Notes under the pieces: model-generated | The model's database searches: none | Told to the model about the DNA's origin: nothing | Seen by the model: the letters and a program-made list of their open reading frames with translations, nothing else | Source: Eledone cirrhosa | Taxonomy: Eukaryota | Length of the DNA: 64,000 bases | Assembly (NCBI GenBank): GCA_964016885.1 | Contig: OZ024743.1 | Location: 63,736,001-63,800,000 of the forward strand | Reading direction: 5' to 3' | Program-made: the position numbers and the translations under genes | Shown here: positions 36,901-51,388 of the stretch, piece by piece | Layout of the letters: every line of letters starts with the position of its first letter | Numbering within the stretch: the stretch's first letter is position 1

Positions 36901-39900
36901 TGTTTCTCCTGCTCTCACCATCTCTCATATACACCTTGTCCGAACATAAGGGAACCAAACTCTCACTGCCCCTGTTTCTCCTCTCCCCATCTCTCATATA
37001 CACCTTGTCCGAACGAACATAAGAGAACCAAACTTCCACTCTCACTGCCTCTGTTTCTCCTGCTCTCCCATCTCTCATATACACCATGTCCAAACATAAG
37101 AGAACCAAACTCTCACTGCCTCTGTTTCTCCTGCTCTCCCCATCTCTCATATACACAATGTCCAAACATAAGAGAACCAAACTTCCACTCTCACTGCCTC
37201 TGTTTCTCCTGCTCTCCCCATCTCTCATATACACCATGTCCAAACATAAGAGAACCAAACTTCCACTCTCACTGCCTCTGTTTCTCCTGCTCTCCCCATC
37301 TCTCATATACACCTTGTCCGAACATAAGGGAACCAAACTCTCACTGCCCCTGTTTCTCCTGCTCTCCCCATCTCTCATATACACCATGTCCAAACATAAG
37401 AGAACCAAACTTCCACTCTCACTGCCTCTGTTTCTCCTGCTCTCCCCATCTCTCATATACACCATGTCCAAACATAAGGGAACCAAACTCTCACTGCCTC
37501 TGTTTCTCCTGCTCTCCCCATCTCTCATATACACCATGTCCAAACATAAGAGAACCAAACTTCCACTCTCACTGCCTCTGTTTCTCCTGCTCTCCCCATC
37601 TCTCATATACACCATGTCCAAACATAAGGGAACCAAACTGTCACTGCCTCTGTTTCTCCTGCTCTCCCCATCTCTCATATACACCATGTCCAAACATAAG
37701 AGAACCAAACTTCCACTCTCACTGCCTCTGTTTCTCCTGCTCTCCCCATCTCTCATATACACCATGTCCAAACATAAGGGAACCAAACTCTCACTGCCTC
37801 TGTTTCTCCTGCTCTCCCCATCTCTCATATACACAATGTCCAAACATAAGAGAACCAAACTTCCACTCTCACTGCCTCTGTTTCTCCTGCTCTCCCCATC
37901 TCTCATATACACAATGTCCAAACATAAGAGAACCAAACTCTCACTGCCTCTGTTTCTCCTGCTCTCCCCATCTCTCATATACACAATGTCCAAACATAAG
38001 AGAACCAAACTTCCACTCTCACTGCCTCTGTTTCTCCTGCTCTCCCCATCTCTCATATACACCATGTCCAAACATAAGAGAACCAAACTTCCACTCTCAC
38101 TGCCTCTGTTTCTCCTGCTCTCCCCATCTCTCATATACACCATGTCCAAACATAAGAGAACCAAACTCTCACTGCCTCTGTTTCTCCTGCTCTCCCCATC
38201 TCTCATATACACAATGTCCAAACATAAGAGAACCAAACTTCCACTCTCACTGCCTCTGTTTCTCCTGCTCTCCCATCTCTCATATACACCATGTCCAAAC
38301 ATAAGAGAACCAAACTTCCACTCTCACTGCCTCTGTTTCTCCTGCTCTCCCATCTCTCATATACACCATGTCCAAACATAAGAGAACCAAACTCTCACTG
38401 CCTCTGTTTCTCCTGCTCTCCCCATCTCTCATATACACAATGTCCAAACATAAGAGAACCAAACTTCCACTCTCACTGCCTCTGTTTCTCCTGCTCTCCC
38501 CATCTCTCATATACACCATGTCCAAACATAAGAGAACCAAACTTCCACTCTCACTGCCTCTGTTTCTCCTGCTCTCCCCATCTCTCATATACACCTTGTC
38601 CGAACATAAGGGAACCAAACTCTCACTGCCCCTGTTTCTCCTGCTCTCCCCATCTCTCATATACACCATGTCCAAACATAAGAGAACCAAACTTCCACTC
38701 TCACTGCCTCTGTTTCTCCTGCTCTCCCCATCTCTCATATACACCATGTCCAAACATAAGGGAACCAAACTCTCACTGCCTCTGTTTCTCCTGCTCTCCC
38801 CATCTCTCATATACACCATGTCCAAACATAAGAGAACCAAACTTCCACTCTCACTGCCTCTGTTTCTCCTGCTCTCCCCATCTCTCATATACACCATGTC
38901 CAAACATAAGGGAACCAAACTGTCACTGCCTCTGTTTCTCCTGCTCTCCCCATCTCTCATATACACAATGTCCAAACATAAGAGAACCAAACTTCCACTC
39001 TCACTGCCTCTGTTTCTCCTGCTCTCCCCATTTCTCATATACACCATGTCCAAACATAAGAGAACCAAACTTCCACTCTCACTGCCTCTGTTTCTCCTGC
39101 TCTCACCATCTCTCATATACACCTTGTCCGAACATAAGGGAACCAAACTCTCACTGCCCCTGTTTCTCCTCTCCCCATCTCTCATATACACCTTGTCCGA
39201 ACGAACATAAGAGAACCAAACTTCCACTCTCACTGCCTCTGTTTCTCCTGCTCTCCCATCTCTCATATACACCATGTCCAAACATAAGAGAACCAAACTC
39301 TCACTGCCTCTGTTTCTCCTGCTCTCCCCATCTCTCATATACACAATGTCCAAACATAAGAGAACCAAACTTCCACTCTCACTGCCTCTGTTTCTCCTGC
39401 TCTCCCCATCTCTCATATACACCATGTCCAAACATAAGAGAACCAAACTTCCACTCTCACTGCCTCTGTTTCTCCTGCTCTCCCCATCTCTCATATACAC
39501 CTTGTCCGAACATAAGGGAACCAAACTCTCACTGCCCCTGTTTCTCCTGCTCTCCCCATCTCTCATATACACCATGTCCAAACATAAGAGAACCAAACTT
39601 CCACTCTCACTGCCTCTGTTTCTCCTGCTCTCCCCATCTCTCATATACACCATGTCCAAACATAAGGGAACCAAACTCTCACTGCCTCTGTTTCTCCTGC
39701 TCTCCCCATCTCTCATATACACCATGTCCAAACATAAGAGAACCAAACTTCCACTCTCACTGCCTCTGTTTCTCCTGCTCTCCCCATCTCTCATATACAC
39801 CATGTCCAAACATAAGGGAACCAAACTGTCACTGCCTCTGTTTCTCCTGCTCTCCCCATCTCTCATATACACCATGTCCAAACATAAGAGAACCAAACTT

Positions 39901-42900
39901 CCACTCTCACTGCCTCTGTTTCTCCTGCTCTCCCCATCTCTCATATACACCATGTCCAAACATAAGGGAACCAAACTCTCACTGCCTCTGTTTCTCCTGC
40001 TCTCCCCATCTCTCATATACACAATGTCCAAACATAAGAGAACCAAACTTCCACTCTCACTGCCTCTGTTTCTCCTGCTCTCCCCATCTCTCATATACAC
40101 AATGTCCAAACATAAGAGAACCAAACTCTCACTGCCTCTGTTTCTCCTGCTCTCCCCATCTCTCATATACACAATGTCCAAACATAAGAGAACCAAACTT
40201 CCACTCTCACTGCCTCTGTTTCTCCTGCTCTCCCCATCTCTCATATACACCATGTCCAAACATAAGAGAACCAAACTTCCACTCTCACTGCCTCTGTTTC
40301 TCCTGCTCTCCCCATCTCTCATATACACCATGTCCAAACATAAGAGAACCAAACTCTCACTGCCTCTGTTTCTCCTGCTCTCCCCATCTCTCATATACAC
40401 AATGTCCAAACATAAGAGAACCAAACTTCCACTCTCACTGCCTCTGTTTCTCCTGCTCTCCCATCTCTCATATACACAATGTCCAAACATAAGAGAACCA
40501 AACTTCCACTCTCACTGCCTCTGTTTCTCCTGCTCTCCCCATCTCTCATATACACCATGTCCAAACATAAGAGAACCAAACTCTCACTGCCTCTGTTTCT
40601 CCTGCTCTCCCCATCTCTCATATACACAATGTCCAAACATAAGAGAACCAAACTTCCACTCTCACTGCCTCTGTTTCTCCTGCTCTCCCCATCTCTCATA
40701 TACACAATGTCCAAACATAAGAGAACCAAACTTCCACTCTCACTGCCTCTGTTTCTCCTGCGCTCCCCATCTCTCATATACACCATGTCCAAACATAAGA
40801 GAACCAAACTCTCACTGCCTCTGTTTCTCCTGCTCTCCCCATCTCTCATATACACCATGTCCAAACATAAGAGAACCAAACTTCCACTCTCACTGCCTCT
40901 GTTTCTCCTGCTCTCCCCATCTCTCATATACACAATGTCCGAACGAACATAAGAGAACCAAACTCCCACTGTCACTGCCTCTGTTTCTCCTGCTCTCCCC
41001 ATCTCTCATATACACCTTGTCCGAACGAACATAAGAGAACCAAACTTCCACTCTCACTGCCTCTGTTTCTCCTGCTCTCCCCATTTCTCATATACACCAT
41101 GTCCAAACATAAGAGAACCAAACTTCCACTCTCACTGCCTCTGTTTCTCCTGCTCTCACCATCTCTCATATACACCTTGTCCGAACATAAGGGAACCAAA
41201 CTCTCACTGCCCCTGTTTCTCCTCTCCCCATCTCTCATATACACCTTGTCCGAACGAACATAAGAGAACCAAACTTCCACTCTCACTGCCTCTGTTTCTC
41301 CTGCTCTCCCATCTCTCATATACACCATGTCCAAACATAAGAGAACCAAACTCTCACTGCCTCTGTTTCTCCTGCTCTCCCCATCTCTCATATACACAAT
41401 GTCCAAACATAAGAGAACCAAACTTCCACTCTCACTGCCTCTGTTTCTCCTGCTCTCCCCATCTCTCATATACACCATGTCCAAACATAAGAGAACCAAA
41501 CTTCCACTCTCACTGCCTCTGTTTCTCCTGCTCTCCCCATCTCTCATATACACCTTGTCCGAACATAAGGGAACCAAACTCTCACTGCCCCTGTTTCTCC
41601 TGCTCTCCCCATCTCTCATATACACCATGTCCAAACATAAGAGAACCAAACTTCCACTCTCACTGCCTCTGTTTCTCCTGCTCTCCCCATCTCTCATATA
41701 CACCATGTCCAAACATAAGGGAACCAAACTCTCACTGCCTCTGTTTCTCCTGCTCTCCCCATCTCTCATATACACCATGTCCAAACATAAGAGAACCAAA
41801 CTTCCACTCTCACTGCCTCTGTTTCTCCTGCTCTCCCCATCTCTCATATACACCATGTCCAAACATAAGGGAACCAAACTGTCACTGCCTCTGTTTCTCC
41901 TGCTCTCCCCATCTCTCATATACACCATGTCCAAACATAAGAGAACCAAACTTCCACTCTCACTGCCTCTGTTTCTCCTGCTCTCCCCATCTCTCATATA
42001 CACCATGTCCAAACATAAGGGAACCAAACTCTCACTGCCTCTGTTTCTCCTGCTCTCCCCATCTCTCATATACACCATGTCCAAACATAAGAGAACCAAA
42101 CTTCCACTCTCACTGCCTCTGTTTCTCCTGCTCTCCCCATCTCTCATATACACCATGTCCAAACATAAGGGAACCAAACTCTCACTGCCTCTGTTTCTCC
42201 TGCTCTCCCCATCTCTCATATACACAATGTCCAAACATAAGAGAACCAAACTTCCACTCTCACTGCCTCTGTTTCTCCTGCTCTCCCCATCTCTCATATA
42301 CACAATGTCCAAACATAAGAGAACCAAACTCTCACTGCCTCTGTTTCTCCTGCTCTCCCCATCTCTCATATACACAATGTCCAAACATAAGAGAACCAAA
42401 CTTCCACTCTCACTGCCTCTGTTTCTCCTGCTCTCCCCATCTCTCATATACACCATGTCCAAACATAAGAGAACCAAACTTCCACTCTCACTGCCTCTGT
42501 TTCTCCTGCTCTCCCCATCTCTCATATACACCATGTCCAAACATAAGAGAACCAAACTCTCACTGCCTCTGTTTCTCCTGCTCTCCCCATCTCTCATATA
42601 CACAATGTCCAAACATAAGAGAACCAAACTTCCACTCTCACTGCCTCTGTTTCTCCTGCTCTCCCATCTCTCATATACACAATGTCCAAACATAAGAGAA
42701 CCAAACTTCCACTCTCACTGCCTCTGTTTCTCCTGCTCTCCCCATCTCTCATATACACCATGTCCAAACATAAGAGAACCAAACTCTCACTGCCTCTGTT
42801 TCTCCTGCTCTCCCCATCTCTCATATACACAATGTCCAAACATAAGAGAACCAAACTTCCACTCTCACTGCCTCTGTTTCTCCTGCTCTCCCCATCTCTC

Positions 42901-45900
42901 ATATACACAATGTCCAAACATAAGAGAACCAAACTTCCACTCTCACTGCCTCTGTTTCTCCTGCGCTCCCCATCTCTCATATACACCATGTCCAAACATA
43001 AGAGAACCAAACTCTCACTGCCTCTGTTTCTCCTGCTCTCCCCATCTCTCATATACACCATGTCCAAACATAAGAGAACCAAACTTCCACTCTCACTGCC
43101 TCTGTTTCTCCTGCTCTCCCCATCTCTCATATACACAATGTCCGAACGAACATAAGAGAACCAAACTCCCACTGTCACTGCCTCTGTTTCTCCTGCTCTC
43201 CCCATCTCTCATATACACCTTGTCCGAACGAACATAAGAGAACCAAACTTCCACTCTCACTGCCTCTGTTTCTCCTGCTCTCCCATCTCTCATATACACC
43301 ATGTCCAAACATAAGAGAACCAAACTCTTACTGCCTCTGTTTCTCCTGCTCTCCCCATCTCTCATATACACAATGTCCAAACATAAGAGAACCAAACTTC
43401 CACTCTCACTGCCTCTGTTTCTCCTGCTCTCCCCATCTCTCATATACACCATGTCCAAACATAAGAGAACCAAACTTCCACTCTCACTGCCTCTGTTTCT
43501 CCTGCTCTCCCCATCTCTCATATACACCTTGTCCGAACATAAGGGAACCAAACTCTCACTGCCCCTGTTTCTCCTGCTCTCCCCATCTCTCATATACACC
43601 ATGTCCAAACATAAGAGAACCAAACTTCCACTCTCACTGCCTCTGTTTCTCCTGCTCTCCCCATCTCTCATATACACCATGTCCAAACATAAGGGAACCA
43701 AACTCTCACTGCCTCTGTTTCTCCTGCTCTCCCCATCTCTCATATACACCATGTCCAAACATAAGAGAACCAAACTTCCACTCTCACTGCCTCTGTTTCT
43801 CCTGCTCTCCCCATCTCTCATATACACCATGTCCAAACATAAGGGAACCAAACTGTCACTGCCTCTGTTTCTCCTGCTCTCCCCATCTCTCATATACACC
43901 ATGTCCAAACATAAGGGAACCAAACTCTCACTGCCTCTGTTTCTCCTGCTCTCCCCATCTCTCATATACACCATGTCCAAACATAAGAGAACCAAACTTC
44001 CACTCTCACTGCCTCTGTTTCTCCTGCTCTCCCCATTTCTCATATACACCATGTCCAAACATAAGAGAACCAAACTTCCACTCTCACTGCCTCTGTTTCT
44101 CCTGCTCTCACCATCTCTCATATACACCTTGTCCGAACATAAGGGAACCAAACTCTCACTGCCCCTGTTTCTCCTCTCCCCATCTCTCATATACACCTTG
44201 TCCGAACGAACATAAGAGAACCAAACTTCCACTCTCACTGCCTCTGTTTCTCCTGCTCTCCCATCTCTCATATACACCATGTCCAAACATAAGAGAACCA
44301 AACTCTCACTGCCTCTGTTTCTCCTGCTCTCCCCATCTCTCATATACACAATGTCCAAACATAAGAGAACCAAACTTCCACTCTCACTGCCTCTGTTTCT
44401 CCTGCTCTCCCCATCTCTCATATACACCATGTCCAAACATAAGAGAACCAAACTTCCACTCTCACTGCCTCTGTTTCTCCTGCTCTCCCCATCTCTCATA
44501 TACACCATGTCCAAACATAAGGGAACCAAACTCTCACTGCCTCTGTTTCTCCTGCTCTCCCCATCTCTCATATACACCATGTCCAAACATAAGAGAACCA
44601 AACTTCCACTCTCACTGCCTCTGTTTCTCCTGCTCTCCCCATCTCTCATATACACCATGTCCAAACATAAGGGAACCAAACTCTCACTGCCTCTGTTTCT
44701 CCTGCTCTCCCCATCTCTCATATACACAATGTCCAAACATAAGAGAACCAAACTTCCACTCTCACTGCCTCTGTTTCTCCTGCTCTCCCCATCTCTCATA
44801 TACACAATGTCCAAACATAAGAGAACCAAACTCTCACTGCCTCTGTTTCTCCTGCTCTCCCCATCTCTCATATACACAATGTCCAAACATAAGAGAACCA
44901 AACTTCCACTCTCACTGCCTCTGTTTCTCCTGCTCTCCCCATCTCTCATATACACCATGTCCAAACATAAGAGAACCAAACTTCCACTCTCACTGCCTCT
45001 GTTTCTCCTGCTCTCCCCATCTCTCATATACACCATGTCCAAACATAAGAGAACCAAACTCTCACTGCCTCTGTTTCTCCTGCTCTCCCCATCTCTCATA
45101 TACACAATGTCCAAACATAAGAGAACCAAACTTCCACTCTCACTGCCTCTGTTTCTCCTGCTCTCCCATCTCTCATATACACAATGTCCAAACATAAGAG
45201 AACCAAACTTCCACTCTCACTGCCTCTGTTTCTCCTGCTCTCCCCATCTCTCATATACACCATGTCCAAACATAAGAGAACCAAACTCTCACTGCCTCTG
45301 TTTCTCCTGCTCTCCCCATCTCTCATATACACAATGTCCAAACATAAGAGAACCAAACTTCCACTCTCACTGCCTCTGTTTCTCCTGCTCTCCCCATCTC
45401 TCATATACACAATGTCCAAACATAAGAGAACCAAACTTCCACTCTCACTGCCTCTGTTTCTCCTGCGCTCCCCATCTCTCATATACACCATGTCCAAACA
45501 TAAGAGAACCAAACTCTCACTGCCTCTGTTTCTCCTGCTCTCCCCATCTCTCATATACACCATGTCCAAACATAAGAGAACCAAACTTCCACTCTCACTG
45601 CCTCTGTTTCTCCTGCTCTCCCCATCTCTCATATACACAATGTCCGAACGAACATAAGAGAACCAAACTCCCACTGTCACTGCCTCTGTTTCTCCTGCTC
45701 TCCCCATCTCTCATATACACCTTGTCCGAACGAACATAAGAGAACCAAACTTCCACTCTCACTGCCTCTGTTTCTCCTGCTCTCCCATCTCTCATATACA
45801 CCATGTCCAAACATAAGAGAACCAAACTCTTACTGCCTCTGTTTCTCCTGCTCTCCCCATCTCTCATATACACAATGTCCAAACATAAGAGAACCAAACT

Positions 45901-48820
45901 TCCACTCTCACTGCCTCTGTTTCTCCTGCTCTCCCCATCTCTCATATACACCATGTCCAAACATAAGAGAACCAAACTTCCACTCTCACTGCCTCTGTTT
46001 CTCCTGCTCTCCCCATCTCTCATATACACCTTGTCCGAACATAAGGGAACCAAACTCTCACTGCCCCTGTTTCTCCTGCTCTCCCCATCTCTCATATACA
46101 CCATGTCCAAACATAAGAGAACCAAACTTCCACTCTCACTGCCTCTGTTTCTCCTGCTCTCCCCATCTCTCATATACACCATGTCCAAACATAAGGGAAC
46201 CAAACTCTCACTGCCTCTGTTTCTCCTGCTCTCCCCATCTCTCATATACACCATGTCCAAACATAAGAGAACCAAACTTCCACTCTCACTGCCTCTGTTT
46301 CTCCTGCTCTCCCCATCTCTCATATACACCATGTCCAAACATAAGGGAACCAAACTGTCACTGCCTCTGTTTCTCCTGCTCTCCCCATCTCTCATATACA
46401 CCATGTCCAAACATAAGGGAACCAAACTCTCACTGCCTCTGTTTCTCCTGCTCTCCCCATCTCTCATATACACCATGTCCAAACATAAGAGAACCAAACT
46501 TCCACTCTCACTGCCTCTGTTTCTCCTGCTCTCCCCATTTCTCATATACACCATGTCCAAACATAAGAGAACCAAACTTCCACTCTCACTGCCTCTGTTT
46601 CTCCTGCTCTCACCATCTCTCATATACACCTTGTCCGAACATAAGGGAACCAAACTCTCACTGCCCCTGTTTCTCCTCTCCCCATCTCTCATATACACCT
46701 TGTCCGAACGAACATAAGAGAACCAAACTTCCACTCTCACTGCCTCTGTTTCTCCTGCTCTCCCATCTCTCATATACACCATGTCCAAACATAAGAGAAC
46801 CAAACTCTCACTGCCTCTGTTTCTCCTGCTCTCCCCATCTCTCATATACACAATGTCCAAACATAAGAGAACCAAACTTCCACTCTCACTGCCTCTGTTT
46901 CTCCTGCTCTCCCCATCTCTCATATACACCATGTCCAAACATAAGAGAACCAAACTTCCACTCTCACTGCCTCTGTTTCTCCTGCTCTCCCCATCTCTCA
47001 TATACACCTTGTCCGAACATAAGGGAACCAAACTCTCACTGCCCCTGTTTCTCCTGCTCTCCCCATCTCTCATATACACCATGTCCAAACATAAGAGAAC
47101 CAAACTTCCACTCTCACTGCCTCTGTTTCTCCTGCTCTCCCCATCTCTCATATACACCATGTCCAAACATAAGGGAACCAAACTCTCACTGCCTCTGTTT
47201 CTCCTGCTCTCCCCATCTCTCATATACACCATGTCCAAACATAAGAGAACCAAACTTCCACTCTCACTGCCTCTGTTTCTCCTGCTCTCCCCATCTCTCA
47301 TATACACCATGTCCAAACATAAGGGAACCAAACTGTCACTGCCTCTGTTTCTCCTGCTCTCCCCATCTCTCATATACACCATGTCCAAACATAAGAGAAC
47401 CAAACTTCCACTCTCACTGCCTCTGTTTCTCCTGCTCTCCCCATCTCTCATATACACCATGTCCAAACATAAGGGAACCAAACTGTGACTGCCTCTGTTT
47501 CTCCTGCTCTCCCCATCTCTCATATACACCATGTCCAAACATAAGAGAACCAAACTTCCACTCTCACTGCCTCTGTTTCTCCTGCTCTCCCCATCTCTCA
47601 TATACACCATGTCCAAACATAAGGGAACCAAACTCTCACTGCCTCTGTTTCTCCTGCTCTCCCCATCTCTCATATACACAATGTCCAAACATAAGAGAAC
47701 CAAACTTCCACTCTCACTGCCTCTGTTTCTCCTGCTCTCCCCATCTCTCATATACACAATGTCCAAACATAAGAGAACCAAACTCTCACTGCCTCTGTTT
47801 CTCCTGCTCTCCCCATCTCTCATATACACAATGTCCAAACATAAGAGAACCAAACTTCCACTCTCACTGCCTCTGTTTCTCCTGCTCTCCCCATCTCTCA
47901 TATACACCATGTCCAAACATAAGAGAACCAAACTTCCACTCTCACTGCCTCTGTTTCTCCTGCTCTCCCCATCTCTCATATACACCATGTCCAAACATAA
48001 GAGAACCAAACTCTCACTGCCTCTGTTTCTCCTGCTCTCCCCATCTCTCATATACACAATGTCCAAACATAAGAGAACCAAACTTCCACTCTCACTGCCT
48101 CTGTTTCTCCTGCTCTCCCATCTCTCATATACACAATGTCCAAACATAAGAGAACCAAACTTCCACTCTCACTGCCTCTGTTTCTCCTGCTCTCCCCATC
48201 TCTCATATACACCATGTCCAAACATAAGAGAACCAAACTCTCACTGCCTCTGTTTCTCCTGCTCTCCCCATCTCTCATATACACAATGTCCAAACATAAG
48301 AGAACCAAACTTCCACTCTCACTGCCTCTGTTTCTCCTGCTCTCCCCATCTCTCATATACACAATGTCCAAACATAAGAGAACCAAACTTCCACTCTCAC
48401 TGCCTCTGTTTCTCCTGCTCTCCCCATCTCTCATATACACCATGTCCAAACATAAGAGAACCAAACTCTCACTGCCTCTGTTTCTCCTGCTCTCCCCATC
48501 TCTCATATACACCATGTCCAAACATAAGAGAACCAAACTTCCACTCTCACTGCCTCTGTTTCTCCTGCTCTCCCCATCTCTCATATACACAATGTCCGAA
48601 CGAACATAAGAGAACCAAACTCCCACTGTCACTGCCTCTGTTTCTCCTGCTCTCCCCATCTCTCATATACACCATGTCCGAACGAACATAAGAGAACCAA
48701 ACTCCCACTCTCACTGCCTCTGTTTCTCCTGCTCTCCCCATCTCTCATATACACCATGTCCGAACGAACATAAGAGAACCAAACTCCCACTGTCACTGCC
48801 TCTGTTTCTCTTGCTCTCCC
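27937..48820. repeat. ~21 kb satellite of 72/78-bp monomers with higher-order blocks
   Basis: Monomer atgtccaaacataag(a/g)gaaccaaac[ttccac]tctcactgcctctgtttctcctgctctccccatctctcatatacac(c/a); rare 69-, 77- and 82-bp variants recur periodically. Confidence 0.98.
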
Positions 48821-48852
48821 CAACTCTCACTATTATGAGCAAATGGAGACCC

Positions 48853-49263
48853 CTATGCTGGCCACCCCACGACCCGGGAGGACAAAATAGAGAAGGCATT
48901 TCCCTGGAAGATGATCAAGGAAACGTGCTGGAAGAGCCATTCCAGCCTGCAAGGCTCACACTTGTGAGTAACCAACTCTGTGCCAATGGTTGTGAGTAGG
49001 GTGGTGGTGCTAGGGTCAAGGACACCAGAAGTCTCCACTCCTACGGGCTCGACCACAAACTTGTCGGACAATGATTTATATTTGGAGAGTTTACCCTCCT
49101 TTACCCAAAGTGCAGCAGAGCCTGGGTTTCATGCAGACTGCACCAGGTTGCTGCTGGAGAATGTATCACTGTAAGTGGCATCACAGATGAGGGGCTTACC
49201 ACCGTGGAATAGGAAGATAGTCATGCCATCTAGCCTTTTGCCATCCCCTCGGTCCAGCCCCGA
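48853..49263 (-). mobile_element. CRE-clade non-LTR retrotransposon, C-terminal restriction-like endonuclease fragment
   Basis: Minus-strand translation GLDRGDGKRLDGMTIF..GKPLICDATYSDT..KLSKYKSLSDKFVVEPVGVETSG..LFQHVSLIIFQGNAFSIL resembles the CRE RPDG..D.T..KY..P...ET.G..QRGNA pattern; one internal stop. Confidence 0.8.
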
Positions 49264-49786
49264 GATTATGACTATTTTATCAACTGCTAAACTTTCATAA
49301 ATATTCAATTTCTTAAGCTGTTTGTTTTTGTAGCATTGATGTTGTTGTTGTTGCCATATTCCTCATGATCATCAGATCTGCCAACCTCTAAAATCCCAAA
49401 CAGGGAGTACCATGAAAAAAAGTGCCCCAAAACGGAGAGATTTTACATAACGAAAGCTATACCTATTCTCACATGAGAATACATCTATCATCGACTGCAA
49501 AGTGGGTGGGAGATCTCCCGTCAAACGAGGAGAAGTTGACAGGTTTGTGTATAGGTCCATAAAGAGGTGAATGGATTTTTAGGCAGATGTATAGAAAAGT
49601 ATATAGGTCTGTTAAGAAGTAAATGATCTTTTAGTCAGAATTGTTGTAGGGAATTGTTGAGAATGTGTAGAACAGTATAGAAGTGTAAATGTCTGTATAT
49701 AGGCAATATTCAACTTGTATATAGGTGTATTGTAGATTAAAATGCCATAATATATCAATATAGAGCTGTATATAATATGGAATGAA

Positions 49787-49905
49787 GGTGCATGGCGTAG
49801 TGGTTAGGGTATTCAGATCACAATCATAAGTTGCACATTGTTTGCTAGAACAAGACACTTTATTTCATTTTGCTCCAATTCATTCAGCTGCCAAAAATGA
49901 GTTTT
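49787..49905 (+). mobile_element. Degenerate tRNA-derived CORE-type SINE fragment
   Basis: A box tggcgtagtggttag followed by caagacactttatttcattttgctccaattcattcagctg. Confidence 0.6.
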
Positions 49906-49920
49906 ATTTGAAATTCATAT

Positions 49921-50912
49921 AATAATAATAATGAAATTATTGTGTACAGTGCTCAGGTGTACTACAACTCATCAAAGGTGCATATATAGTACATAGAATA
50001 ATGTACAAATGTCAGGAAAATGAACAGTGTACGAGTAATGAAATACATGTGTGCATGTATATGGAGGGGTGACATCAGGTGTAGTGTTGGCGAATCTCAG
50101 GAAGCATGGAGGTTTTAAAGGGTGCAGTGTCTCGACAGCTAACGACTGATGCAGGTAGTTTGTTCCATGCTTCAGCAACACTGAGCGTCAAAAAATGTTT
50201 CCGAAAGTCTTGGGAGCTGTGCTGTTTTCTGACTTTGTAGGCATGCCCACGTGTGTTAGACACAATGAAATCAAAAAGGTGCTCAGGGTTGTTGTTGGCA
50301 AGATGGTTAATGATTTTGTGGGTGTTTGCCAAGTCAGTTGCCAGACATCAGAGCTTCAATGTATCCATGACCAGGGAAGCAAGGCGCTCAGAGTATGGTA
50401 GATGCCTGATGGAGGGTATTCGCTTGGTTCCACGTCTCTGAATAGTTTCCAGGCGGTCAATGTTCTGAGCAAGATAGGGGTTGCAGACTGGTGATGCAAA
50501 TTCTAAGTGTGGCTGCACTATAGATATACACAGCTTTTAATAGATAGCTGGAGAGCGGCTGATAAAGGTCTTGTTGAGTGATGCTAAGACACCCTCAGCC
50601 TTCTTGACAATTTTAGAGATGTGCTTCGTCTAACGCAAATCGCTGCTGACAGTAATGCCCAGGCCACGTTCGTAAGAAGACTTCTTGATATTAGTGTTGT
50701 GGAGGGAGTATGTGGACACTCGGTTTTTACTCCCAAAATGCATGGTGGTACATTTGTCCTCAGCCAGCTTGAGTTGCCAGTCCGTGATCCATTGTTGCAT
50801 TGTGTCCAGGTCTGATTGCAGGAAAGATCTATAGTGTTCAGGATCTGTCCTTTTTATCTCAAGGTCATCTGCATATTTCAGTACTGTGGTATTCTTTAAG
50901 TTGGCATCTATG
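49921..50912 (-). mobile_element. CR1-clade LINE 3' end, same family as 13450-15513
   Basis: Reverse complement is nearly collinear with 14620-15513; (AAT)n at 49921. Confidence 0.92.
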
Positions 50913-51107
50913 TCATGGAACTGGCCTTATTATACCATGTGTCACATTGAATCATCCTGTGTTAAGGGTGTATGTTTCTGTGGAATGCTCAGTCACTGAC
51001 ACATTAATTTCATGAGTAGGCAGTTCTGTCAATTGAATCAACTGGTGTGCTTGTTGTCTGAAATGATGGTGGTCCATCATTTATGTACAGTGTAGCTTCC
51101 ATACATG

Positions 51108-51388
51108 CAGGGTTGGATTTAGACCGGGTGGGGTGAGGGGGCACATACACAAACAAAATTAGAATTCCCTCCCACCCTAGTTTTACATATCAAAGTTAGC
51201 TTGGTGCAAGTAACTGGAATTGTAAAGTTTTACATACAGGTATTAAATTAAAAAATTCTAACCATCTTTAAACTAAAAATCGCAGCTGAGGGTAAAATAA
51301 ATTGCTACAGCCATTGCTAGTGAGGCCCTGCACTGCAGCGGACCCAGGAAAATTGCCGCTATTGCCCTCCTCATTAAATCTGGCCCTA
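51108..51388. mobile_element. Non-autonomous hAT element (281 bp) with 8-bp TSD
   Basis: TIRs cagggttggattta / taaatctggcccta; perfect TSD CATACATG at 51100-51107 and 51389-51396. Confidence 0.85.

Noticed and set aside
27937-48820. CRISPR-like array or giant repeat-protein gene
   Set aside because: There are no unique spacers and no cas genes. Several frames on both strands are open at once and there are frameshifts, as expected for a satellite.
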